Below are positions 54,665-63,468 of a stretch of DNA of 64,000 bases, in pieces. The DNA comes from a virus, in IMG/VR virus record IMGVR_UViG_3300046167_000888, one strand, 5' to 3'. Each line of letters begins with the position of its first letter. Positions within the stretch are counted from its first letter, which is position 1. A program made the translations under genes and the position numbers. The notes under the pieces are model-generated. The model had not been told where the DNA came from. It was given only the letters and a program-made list of their open reading frames with translations, and did no database searches.

Positions 54665-55509
54665 ATATAATTTTTGATATACCTGGTGGAATAGGTAAAG
54701 TATTAATGGCAACTGCTATTGTAAAAGGACTTAAAGCCAAATACCCCACAGATAAAATAATTACAGTTTCAGGTCATCCTTTAGTATTTAAAAATAACCC
54801 TAATGTTCATGCTTCATTTCAATTAGCGGATAGAGATAGAGTTAGGGAACAATATATAAAAGACCAAGAATGTAAAATTATAGCTAGAGAACCTTATTAT
54901 GAGCAAAATCATATTTTTCAAAAGGAACATTTACTAGAAACATGGTTTAAATTATTAGATTTAGAATATTGGGGACAACAACCAGATATTTATTTAGATG
55001 ATCAAGAAATACAATCATATAAAAAATTATATAAATCAGATAAACCTATAATGGTTATCCAACCTCATGGGGGTGCTTCACCCGAAGTACCTTATAACTG
55101 GGTAAGAGATATTCCACCTAAAATAACTAAAAAATTAATAGAAAAGTATAAAGATACTCATACTATCTATTTAATAAAAAGCCCAAAACAACCTAAATAT
55201 AAAGATGTAAAAGAAGAAATAGGATCTATTAGAAGAGTAGCTATACTATTAAGTATGGCTGAAAAAAGATATCTTATTGATAGTTTTGCTCAACATTTAG
55301 CAATGGCTTTAAGAAAACCATCTACCGTATTTTGGATAGGAACTAATCCAAAGGTATTTGGGTATGATATACATAATAACATTAAAGCAAACCCATTCCA
55401 ATTAGAAACAAATAGTGGGTTGTATCATGGAAGAAATTTAACAGAAGTCATAGAAAGCTTGCCTTATGTAAATGAGGATTGTATATTCGATGTCGAAAAA
55501 ATTATATAA
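54661..55509 (+). CDS. GT-B glycosyltransferase (GT9-like)
   Basis: GGIGK, NNPNV, IQPHGG, IDSFAQHLAMAL.KPS.V.W motifs. Confidence 0.75.
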   Translation: MNIIFDIPGGIGKVLMATAIVKGLKAKYPTDKIITVSGHPLVFKNNPNVHASFQLADRDRVREQYIKDQECKIIAREPYYEQNHIFQKEHLLETWFKLLDLEYWGQQPDIYLDDQEIQSYKKLYKSDKPIMVIQPHGGASPEVPYNWVRDIPPKITKKLIEKYKDTHTIYLIKSPKQPKYKDVKEEIGSIRRVAILLSMAEKRYLIDSFAQHLAMALRKPSTVFWIGTNPKVFGYDIHNNIKANPFQLETNSGLYHGRNLTEVIESLPYVNEDCIFDVEKII

Positions 55510-55511
55510 CT

Positions 55512-56109
55512 ATGTTTCAAAGCTATGCATTTGATCAACAAGAAGTTGATTTACAAAATTACTACTATATTCTTAATGGATTTAGTAAAGAAGAATTAAA
55601 TAGAATAGAACAAGATGTTTCTACTTTACCTTTTCAACAAGCAAGTACTGTTGGAGGTGATAGTAAAAAAGTAAGATCATCTAAAGTAAAATGGGTACCT
55701 CATAATAATGATTGGTTTTGGTTATATGAAAAACTATCTGATTATGCTGTAGAAGCTAATTTTGCATTATGGAATTTTGACTTAACATTAATCCCAGAAC
55801 AAATACAATACACTGAATATTATGCTTCAGAACAAGGACATTATGATTGGCACGCTGATATAGGTCCAGGTTTATTATCTAAAAGAAAAGTATCTATTAC
55901 AGTTCAATTATCTGAACCCTGATGAATATGAAGGAGGAGATTTAGAATTATTCCAAGGTGGAAGTATGAGTGGTCCTTTTCCTAAAGCAGAAAGAAGAGC
56001 AGGTTGTGTGTTTATTTTCCCCTCGTTTATGATGCATAGAGTAGCCCCAGTTACAAAAGGTGTAAGAAAATCATTTGTAATATGGTTAGGTGGTCAACAT
56101 TATAAATAA
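55512..56109 (+). CDS. 2OG-Fe(II) oxygenase, prolyl-4-hydroxylase/PKHD-like; +1 frameshift at ~55918
   Basis: YDWHAD, RKVSITVQLS, then EYEGGDL...FPSFMMHRVAPVTKGVRKSFVIW after removing one C. Confidence 0.85.
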
Positions 56110-56112
56110 TGT

Positions 56113-57150
56113 ATGTTAAACAATTTATCTAAATTTGTAATTAATAATGGAGGAAGTATTACCCCATTATTATTATCCGAAGAGCAAGGTAGAGGTATGG
56201 GTCTTTGTAATGTTTCTATTTACTTAGATGATAACGGTGATATACTTGCTAATATTAGGAATGTACATTATATTCTATATCATGATGAATTTGGACAAAA
56301 TTTCCATTGTAGATGGGGTACATTATCTTATTTAAATCCTGAAGATGATATTAAATTAAGAACAAAAAACTATTTTTGTAAATTAGATCCTAATACTTTA
56401 GAAGTTATTTCATCTACAGAAATTGATACATCAAAACATGATATAAAACCAGTTTGGACTTTTATTGGATTAGAAGATGTTAGGTTAGTTAGATGGGAAG
56501 GTCAATTATACTATTGTGGTGTAAGACGAGATACTAAAACTAATGGAGAAGGTAGAATGGAATTATGTAAACTAGATGTTAGACCAGATGGAGTTTATGA
56601 AACAACTAGAGAAAGAGTTGAAGTAAACCCACATACACATTTAGAAAAAAATTGGATGCCTATTTTAGATATGCCTTTCCATTATGTTAGATGGTGTAAC
56701 CCGTTAGAAATAATTAAAGTTAATCCTGAAGATAAATCAAAACATAAGGCACAAGAAGGTATGTTAGATATAATATCAAGTGAGGTAGTATTTAAAAGTG
56801 ATCAAGAAATAAGTCTACCTTTAGGAGTAAGGGGTGGTTCACAAGTAATACCTTTTGGTAATGATGGAGATAGAATATGCATAACTCATGATACACATTT
56901 TTACCATCATCAAAATGAAAAAAAAGATGCTCAATATTATCACAGGTTTATAATATGGGATAAAGATTGGAAAGTTAAAAGAATATCAGAGCAATTTAAG
57001 TTTATGGATGCTATGATTGAGTTTGCTTGTGGTTTAATTATAAAAGATGGTAATTTAATTATGACTTATGGTTATCAGGATAATGCCGCTTATGCATTAA
57101 AAATGCCTTTAAATTTATTAGATGAATTAAAATGGGATATTGATGAGTAA
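56113..57150 (+). CDS. Five-bladed beta-propeller glycosidase/transferase-like protein (GH130/GH43 clan-like)
   Basis: NVSI, GLEDVRL, EKNWMP, RGGS, IEFACGL and TYGYQD motifs. Confidence 0.7.
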   Translation: MLNNLSKFVINNGGSITPLLLSEEQGRGMGLCNVSIYLDDNGDILANIRNVHYILYHDEFGQNFHCRWGTLSYLNPEDDIKLRTKNYFCKLDPNTLEVISSTEIDTSKHDIKPVWTFIGLEDVRLVRWEGQLYYCGVRRDTKTNGEGRMELCKLDVRPDGVYETTRERVEVNPHTHLEKNWMPILDMPFHYVRWCNPLEIIKVNPEDKSKHKAQEGMLDIISSEVVFKSDQEISLPLGVRGGSQVIPFGNDGDRICITHDTHFYHHQNEKKDAQYYHRFIIWDKDWKVKRISEQFKFMDAMIEFACGLIIKDGNLIMTYGYQDNAAYALKMPLNLLDELKWDIDE

Positions 57151-57784
57151 TTTACAAACACATTTACATAATTATATTGATGATCCTCTTAATCCTCATT
57201 TTAATGCTGAATTAGGAGAGGCTTATGAACAATTAGGACAGGGAGCTGCTGCTTTATCTTATTTTTTAAGGGCTGCGGAGTTATTGGTTGGTGTAGATAT
57301 AGATTTATCTTATAATTGTCTTTTAAAAACATGGAAGCAAGTAAATAAAATAGGAAGAAGAAATGATTGGGAAAGAGCTCAATTACAATTAGCAACATCT
57401 TATCTACCTACTAGGCCAGAAGCATATTTATTTTTAAGTAAACATTTTGCTAAAAAACAAGATCATCACTCAGCTTATTTATATGCTTGTTTAGGATTAC
57501 AATATATAAATTCAACACCTTTAAAATATAATGTTGGGTATCCTGGTGATTATATGCTATATTTTCTAAAAGCTTATCATGGATGGTACCTAGCTAAAAG
57601 AGAAGAATCAAAATCTATATGGAAAAAATTAGGTGAAATGCCCAATATACCTGAAGAACATAAAAAAATAATCGAAAACAATAATAAAAATTTTAATAAT
57701 ACGCCAACTCCTCCGTCTTTTATAAATTTTGTTATGAAGAATGCAAATGATAGTAAACATGAAAAATATTATATTGGAAAATAA
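57143..57784 (+). CDS. TPR-repeat protein
   Basis: AELGEAYEQLGQ..AALSYF and PTRPEAY helical repeats. Confidence 0.75.
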   Translation: MSNLQTHLHNYIDDPLNPHFNAELGEAYEQLGQGAAALSYFLRAAELLVGVDIDLSYNCLLKTWKQVNKIGRRNDWERAQLQLATSYLPTRPEAYLFLSKHFAKKQDHHSAYLYACLGLQYINSTPLKYNVGYPGDYMLYFLKAYHGWYLAKREESKSIWKKLGEMPNIPEEHKKIIENNNKNFNNTPTPPSFINFVMKNANDSKHEKYYIGK

Positions 57785-57834
57785 TTCAATATGTATTGCC
57801 ATGTTGCGATAATGTCTAATTAAAGCAAATAATT

Positions 57835-58323
57835 ATGAGTTGGACCTATAACGGTGAAACTATAAATGATATAACACAATTCCCTCCTAATACTTATGGG
57901 TTTGTCTATCAGGTAAAACACAAACCTTCAGACAAAACTTACATAGGTAAAAAAGTATTATTTTTTACTAGAAAAGTAAAACTAGGAAAAAAAGAACTAG
58001 AAGCTTTAGGTACAGTAATAGGACGTAAACCGTCTTATAAATTAGCTGTTAAAGAATCGGATTGGAAAACATATTATGGTTCACAAAAAGAAATTAAAAC
58101 TTTACTTAAAGAAAGTAAAGCTTCAGATTGGGAACGAAGTATTATTAAATGTGTCCCAAGCAAAAAATTACTAACCTATTTTGAAGTAAAATACCAGATG
58201 CTATACCAAGTGTTAGAGAAACCAGATGAGTTTTTTAATGATAATATATTAGGCAAATTTTATACTAAAGATTTTGCTGAAATTAAAGAATTTGAAGACC
58301 CAGTGGAAATTAAAAAACACTAA
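57835..58323 (+). CDS. GIY-YIG nuclease-family protein
   Basis: GFVY...YIGKK, ESDWKTYYGS, E...Q, FFNDNI. Confidence 0.75.
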   Translation: MSWTYNGETINDITQFPPNTYGFVYQVKHKPSDKTYIGKKVLFFTRKVKLGKKELEALGTVIGRKPSYKLAVKESDWKTYYGSQKEIKTLLKESKASDWERSIIKCVPSKKLLTYFEVKYQMLYQVLEKPDEFFNDNILGKFYTKDFAEIKEFEDPVEIKKH

Positions 58324-58333
58324 CGTATATTAT
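58303..58333 (+). promoter_or_regulatory. Early/middle promoter GTGG-N17-CGTATATTAT upstream of primase
   Basis: Matches the recurrent motif and spacing. Confidence 0.55.
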
Positions 58334-58338
58334 ACATT

Positions 58339-59268
58339 ATGGTGAATCAGTTATTAGTTACATTAGTAAATTCAGTACTTGGCACGGGCAAACAAACTGC
58401 ACGTGGTAATATGGCTTACCAATGTCCTAGTTGTAAACACCATAAACCAAAATTAGAAGTTAATTTTACTGAAAGTAAAGACGGACATAATCCTTGGCAT
58501 TGTTGGGTTTGTGGTAAAAAAGGTAAATCTATTAGTTTATTATTAAGAATAGCAGGTGCTAGTCAAGATAAAATTAATGAAGCTAAGTCATTATCTAAAA
58601 ATGTAGATAGTACTTATGTGCCTAAGACACAAACCAGTGTATCATTACCAGATGAGTTTATTGGCCTAAATGACGTTGATAACAGCGATATCATGGCTAG
58701 ACACGCTATTGCGTACTTAAAAAAGAGGAATGTAAGTAAACACGATATACTTAAATATAATATAGGATATTGTAAAGAAGGTTTGTATAAAAATATGGTT
58801 ATATTACCAACATATGATAAAGATGGAAATATAAATTATTTTACCGCTCGTTCATTTGAAAAAGAACCATACGTAAAATACAGAAACCCTCAAGTAAGTA
58901 GAGATATTATTCCAAATGAACATTTAATTAATTGGAATGTGCCTATCATTTTATGTGAGGGGTTATTTGATGCTTTAGCTATAAAAAGAAATGCTATTCC
59001 ATTATTAGGAAAAAACATACAAAATAATCTAATGAAGAAAATAGTTACTTCATTAGTAGATAAAATTTACATTGCGTTAGATAGGGACGCAATTAAACAA
59101 GCTTTAAAATTCTGTGAAAAACTATTAGCGGAAGGTAAAGAAGTCTATCTTGTAGATTTACAAGATAAGGACCCGAGTGAGATGGGTTTCGAAAATTTCA
59201 CAAAACTTATACACAAAACAGTTCCACTTACCTACTACGACTTAATGGAGCAAAAACTATCATTATGA
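58339..59268 (+). CDS. DNA primase (Zn-finger + TOPRIM)
   Basis: CPSC...HCWVC, YLKKR, EGLFDA, LDRDA, KDPSE motifs. Confidence 0.9.
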   Translation: MVNQLLVTLVNSVLGTGKQTARGNMAYQCPSCKHHKPKLEVNFTESKDGHNPWHCWVCGKKGKSISLLLRIAGASQDKINEAKSLSKNVDSTYVPKTQTSVSLPDEFIGLNDVDNSDIMARHAIAYLKKRNVSKHDILKYNIGYCKEGLYKNMVILPTYDKDGNINYFTARSFEKEPYVKYRNPQVSRDIIPNEHLINWNVPIILCEGLFDALAIKRNAIPLLGKNIQNNLMKKIVTSLVDKIYIALDRDAIKQALKFCEKLLAEGKEVYLVDLQDKDPSEMGFENFTKLIHKTVPLTYYDLMEQKLSL

Positions 59269-60044
59269 TAAAAAAATCTTATAAAAGATTACTCGAAATT
59301 TCGGATGATTACCAACAAGTTACAATGCCTGATTCAAGGTATTATAGACGAAATGGTAAATATTATCCATCAGTAACGCATGTTTTAAGTTCTTACCCAA
59401 AAGGTAAATATTTTGAAGACTGGCTTAAAAAAGTAGGTTATAGTGCTGAATGGATTGTTAAAAAAGCAGCTGAAGAAGGAACATTAGTTCATGAAATGAT
59501 TGAAGATTGGTTAAATGGGGAAGAAATTACATTTTTATATAAAGATGGTAACCCTAAAATGCCAGCTCATGTATGGCAAATGTTTTTACGTTTTGTAGAT
59601 TTTTGGGAAACTTATAACCCAACATTAATTGAAGCCGAAGTACATTTATTCTCAGATAAAATTGAGGTAGCAGGTACTTGTGATCTAGTATGTGAGATCG
59701 AAATTGATGGTAAAATGGAACGTTGGATTATAGATTTTAAAACATCTAATCATTTACAAACAACATACGATTTACAAGGGGCAATATATGCTCAATGTTA
59801 TGAAGAATGTTATGGTAAAGATATTGATCGAGTAGCAGTATTATGGCTAAAATCAAAATCACGTGGACCAGATAAAAGTGGGAAAAGAATAAAAGGTAAA
59901 AATTGGGAGATATACGAGTCACCTCGTACGCAAGAACAAAACATAGAGATATTTAATCATGTTAAAGCATTATTTGATATTGAGAACCCAAAACCAACAC
60001 CTTATACAAATACTTTTAATACAACATCTAAAAGAGATGTATAA
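59265..60044 (+). CDS. PD-(D/E)XK exonuclease (Cas4-like phage exonuclease)
   Basis: YPSVT, GTLVHE, AGTCD, IIDFKTS, LQGAIYA motifs. Confidence 0.85.
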   Translation: MIKKSYKRLLEISDDYQQVTMPDSRYYRRNGKYYPSVTHVLSSYPKGKYFEDWLKKVGYSAEWIVKKAAEEGTLVHEMIEDWLNGEEITFLYKDGNPKMPAHVWQMFLRFVDFWETYNPTLIEAEVHLFSDKIEVAGTCDLVCEIEIDGKMERWIIDFKTSNHLQTTYDLQGAIYAQCYEECYGKDIDRVAVLWLKSKSRGPDKSGKRIKGKNWEIYESPRTQEQNIEIFNHVKALFDIENPKPTPYTNTFNTTSKRDV

Positions 60045-60091
60045 TAACATCCTTTTTAATATGTATAATAAAACAACTAATAAACAATATT

Positions 60092-61000
60092 ATGGCTTTA
60101 TATCCAAATGCGGCTGATCCAGGAAATTGGCAATCTTTTGTACTAAGAGAAGATGTTAAAACTCTTCCTGTTTCAGAACAAAGAAAAAAATATCTAACGG
60201 AGCAATTACAATTTGAAGATTTTATGGCTCAACAAAGATACTTACAATCAATGTCAATTAATTCCTTAACTAACCAATTACATCAAGGTGGAGGATTTGC
60301 AACTAACCCAGTCTTATCAGCTAATTTTAATGGTACAATTCAGGCTATAACAGGAAACACTACTCAAATTGACTTTTTATTTAAAGAACCCCTCACAGTA
60401 GATTCATCAGGTGGTGCTCCATATATTGATGCAATAAATGACCAATTAGGTGGTGGTACAGCATCTACAGTAAGATTTACTTACTATGAATCAAGTGGAA
60501 ATACAAATATGAGATTTCAGCATGTACACCCAGCAAATGCAGGAGGTATAGCAGCAGCTACAATTGCAGCAGGTGTTGATCTAGTAGCTTCAGCAACTTC
60601 AACATTAAGTGGAGCTTCAGGAGGCCCACAAACAGATGTACCATTTGCTTACCAAGTAGGAACAGGTGTTTCAGATGAAGGACAAAATATAACAGCTGAT
60701 GTTATTGTAGCTGGTGGTGGAACTGCATTATCAAGTATAACATTTAAAACATCCGAATCAGCAGCCCTTTATTACCCTGGAAATCAATTAGTAGTAGATG
60801 CAGCAGATATTGGAGCTGGAGGAACAGGAACAGTAACTGTTACTTTAACAGCTAATGATTTACAAGGAGATACTTTAACATTAGTAGGAACTAATATAGA
60901 ACTAAATGGAGCTGTAGTTTATAGTCAAGCAAACGGACCTGATTACCCACTAGATCCAACATATGAATCTACAAGTACATTAGCTTCATCCGCTATATAA
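60092..61000 (+). CDS. Putative virion structural/decoration protein
   Basis: Late promoter at 60059; A/G/T/S-rich beta domains. Confidence 0.6.
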   Translation: MALYPNAADPGNWQSFVLREDVKTLPVSEQRKKYLTEQLQFEDFMAQQRYLQSMSINSLTNQLHQGGGFATNPVLSANFNGTIQAITGNTTQIDFLFKEPLTVDSSGGAPYIDAINDQLGGGTASTVRFTYYESSGNTNMRFQHVHPANAGGIAAATIAAGVDLVASATSTLSGASGGPQTDVPFAYQVGTGVSDEGQNITADVIVAGGGTALSSITFKTSESAALYYPGNQLVVDAADIGAGGTGTVTVTLTANDLQGDTLTLVGTNIELNGAVVYSQANGPDYPLDPTYESTSTLASSAI

Positions 61001-61023
61001 AAATAATTTTTTATAAATTAAAT

Positions 61024-61054
61024 GTGGGGAGGCTAGGCTTCCCCACTTTTTCTT
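61024..61054 (+). terminator. Intrinsic terminator overlapping a promoter
   Basis: GTGGGGAGGC-TAG-GCTTCCCCAC hairpin + TTTTTCTT; also TAGG-N17-CGTATATTTA and late motif 61058-61067. Confidence 0.75.
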
Positions 61055-61078
61055 CGTATATTTATAACAAAATATATC

Positions 61079-61876
61079 ATGATAAAACTGTACGACCTTA
61101 TCAAAGAACAAATTGAAAGACCAAAAGCAATAATTCTAGCTGGTGCTCCTGGTGCTGGTAAAGGTTATGTTTTAAGCGGTTTAAATCTTGATGGTATCAA
61201 AGTACTAAATGTAGATAATGCCTATATTGAACTACTAAAGAAAGCCAATGTATCATTAGATTTAAAAAATGCTGGTCCTGAAGATAGAAGCGAAGCAGCT
61301 AAAGCAATGGCTGCAGCTAATAAAGAATTTAAAGGTAAAGTAGCAGCTACAATAGAAGGTAAAGAATCATTTATTTTAGATGGTACAGCGGCGTCAATCA
61401 AACAAACAGCTAATTTAAAAAAGGAATTAGAAGAAGCAGGGTATGAAGTATTTATGCTTTATGTTTATACTGATTTAGAACGTTCACTTAGACAAAACCA
61501 AGATAGATTTGATAAATCAGGTGGTGAAGATAGAAGTTTAGCACCTGCTATAGTAATGAGAACATGGGCTTCAGTTACTGATAACTATAAAGCATATGAA
61601 GCAATGTTTGACAATAATTTTGTATCTGTTGCTAACACATTAGAAGACGAAAAATTAACTGATATAGCTGATATAGTAAAAAAATATTTAGATCCTTTTA
61701 AACCACAAGGTACAAAACCTAAAGATGCTAAAGCACAAGCAAGATCAGATAAATCAAAAGCAGCATTAAATGATAAATTAAAAGAATTACTATCAGATGA
61801 ACAAGTTCAATTGATAATTAATAATTCAGTATCTAAAGAAGAAGCACAAGCAAAAATAAAACAATTTTTAAGTTAA
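61079..61876 (+). CDS. Zeta-toxin-like P-loop kinase
   Basis: ILAGAPGAGK Walker A, NVD, FILDGT, GYEVFMLYV, RQNQDR. Confidence 0.75.
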   Translation: MIKLYDLIKEQIERPKAIILAGAPGAGKGYVLSGLNLDGIKVLNVDNAYIELLKKANVSLDLKNAGPEDRSEAAKAMAAANKEFKGKVAATIEGKESFILDGTAASIKQTANLKKELEEAGYEVFMLYVYTDLERSLRQNQDRFDKSGGEDRSLAPAIVMRTWASVTDNYKAYEAMFDNNFVSVANTLEDEKLTDIADIVKKYLDPFKPQGTKPKDAKAQARSDKSKAALNDKLKELLSDEQVQLIINNSVSKEEAQAKIKQFLS

Positions 61877-63468
61877 TGGGTTTAGTTAAAGAATTAATAC
61901 GTCCTTTATTAGAGGAAGAAAAAAAAGTAGTAGCTGTTTACGGTGGTGGTTTTAAACCTCCAACTGCGGGGCACTTTGAGGTTGTAGATCAAGCACTAAA
62001 AGAAAACCCTAATATAGACGAGTTTATTATTTTAATTGGTGGTAAAGAAAGAGATGGTATTTCACCTGAAGAATCTTTAATTATATGGGACATTTATAAA
62101 CAATACTTACCTATTAAAGTAGAAGTAAAGTTAAGTTCTAAACCACCGATTCAAGCAGTATACAATTATGCTAAAGAACACCCAAATGAAGAAGTATTAT
62201 TTGTAATTGGCGCTAGAGAAGGTAATGAAGATGATTTTTCTGATATAGCTAAAAGAACAAAATCATTAGATAAATATGATAATTTAGAATTACGTACTAT
62301 TATTACACAAGGTGGAGCATCAGGTACAGCAGCTAGAAATGCAGCTAAAATATCATCTGAAAAATTAAGACCACTATTACCTAAACAATTAAAAGATGAA
62401 GAGGTAGAAGAAATATTTACTATTATGAGTAATGTAGTAAAAGAAAATGATCCTGAAGATGGTAAAGCAGCTCCATATGGTTCAGGGTATAAAAAATTAA
62501 ATGAAGTATTAAATCCATCTACTTTTGATTATAAACCTATAATTAAATCATTAACTAAAAGTATGGAAGATGATGGTTTACAATTAAAACCGTATCCAAA
62601 AATTACTTTTATACATGATGAAGAATCAAATGCTGAAGACTTTTTTGGAAAAACAGCTTATTATGATCCTAATAATAACGAAGTAGTATTATATACATTA
62701 GGTAGACACCCTAAAGATATTATGAGATCGTATGCTCATGAATTGATTCATGTTCACCAAAACCATGAAGATAGATTAGATGGTATTAATACAACTAATG
62801 TTAATCAAGATGATTATTTAGAACAAATTGAACGTGAAGCATATGAAAATGGAAACATTATGTTCAGAAGCTGGACTAATAAAACATTAAATGAAGGTAA
62901 GAAAAAAGATCCATTTGGTATAAATGCCTATGCTAGAGAATTAGCTATGGGTTTAGAAGAACAAGAAGAAGGAGAACATTACATTTATTTAGATATGGAT
63001 GGTGTAGTAGCAGATTTTGATAAACGATTTAAAGATCTATCAGGTATGTTACCTCAAGAATATGTTGATAAAAATGGTTTAAATGCTTTTTGGGATTTAA
63101 TTGATGAAAAACATAAGGTAGCATTTTGGAGAGGTATTGAATTGATGCCTGGTGCTCAAAAATTAGTTAAATTTGTAGAGCAATATCCATTTGAAATGTT
63201 AACTGCTCCATCAGTAAAAAAACAAAGTATTATCGGAAAAGGCTTGTGGGTTAAAGATAAAGTTGGTACCTTGTATTCAACGAAGCCCAAAGTAACATAT
63301 AGAAAAGCTAAATTAAAACATACAGTTAAACCACAATTAACTAAATATGATATTTTAATAGATGATAAAGCAAGTACTATTGATACATGGAATAATTCAG
63401 GAGGTACAGCTATATTATATCAATCAGCTGATCAAGTAATTAATGATTTAAAACAATTAGGTTTATGA
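61876..63468 (+). CDS. Fusion: HxGH nucleotidyltransferase + zincin-like HExxH domain + HAD 5'(3')-deoxyribonucleotidase
   Basis: GGGFKPPTAGH and ASGTAAR; AHELIHVHQ...EREAY; IYLDMDGVVADF, LTAP, LIDD. Confidence 0.8.
   Translation: MGLVKELIRPLLEEEKKVVAVYGGGFKPPTAGHFEVVDQALKENPNIDEFIILIGGKERDGISPEESLIIWDIYKQYLPIKVEVKLSSKPPIQAVYNYAKEHPNEEVLFVIGAREGNEDDFSDIAKRTKSLDKYDNLELRTIITQGGASGTAARNAAKISSEKLRPLLPKQLKDEEVEEIFTIMSNVVKENDPEDGKAAPYGSGYKKLNEVLNPSTFDYKPIIKSLTKSMEDDGLQLKPYPKITFIHDEESNAEDFFGKTAYYDPNNNEVVLYTLGRHPKDIMRSYAHELIHVHQNHEDRLDGINTTNVNQDDYLEQIEREAYENGNIMFRSWTNKTLNEGKKKDPFGINAYARELAMGLEEQEEGEHYIYLDMDGVVADFDKRFKDLSGMLPQEYVDKNGLNAFWDLIDEKHKVAFWRGIELMPGAQKLVKFVEQYPFEMLTAPSVKKQSIIGKGLWVKDKVGTLYSTKPKVTYRKAKLKHTVKPQLTKYDILIDDKASTIDTWNNSGGTAILYQSADQVINDLKQLGL

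Noticed and set aside
2825-55920. Programmed frameshifting or pseudogenisation at ~2825, 14299, 28992, 30242, 30837, 31251, 31862, 40332, 46566, 47241 and 55918
   Set aside because: All are single extra bases, nearly all lengthening short C/G runs, with no shared slippery heptamer. They hit essential-looking genes whose downstream parts are intact, which is typical of long-read indel error.
57835-58323. Mobile homing endonuclease or intron
   Set aside because: Single short GIY-YIG domain with no DNA-binding extension, and no interrupted host gene.
59265-60044. Cas4 as part of a CRISPR-Cas system
   Set aside because: No cas genes or array nearby; its position next to primase fits the common stand-alone phage exonuclease.
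61079-61876. Epsilon-zeta toxin-antitoxin module
   Set aside because: No epsilon-like antitoxin is adjacent; only the P-loop kinase fold is supported.
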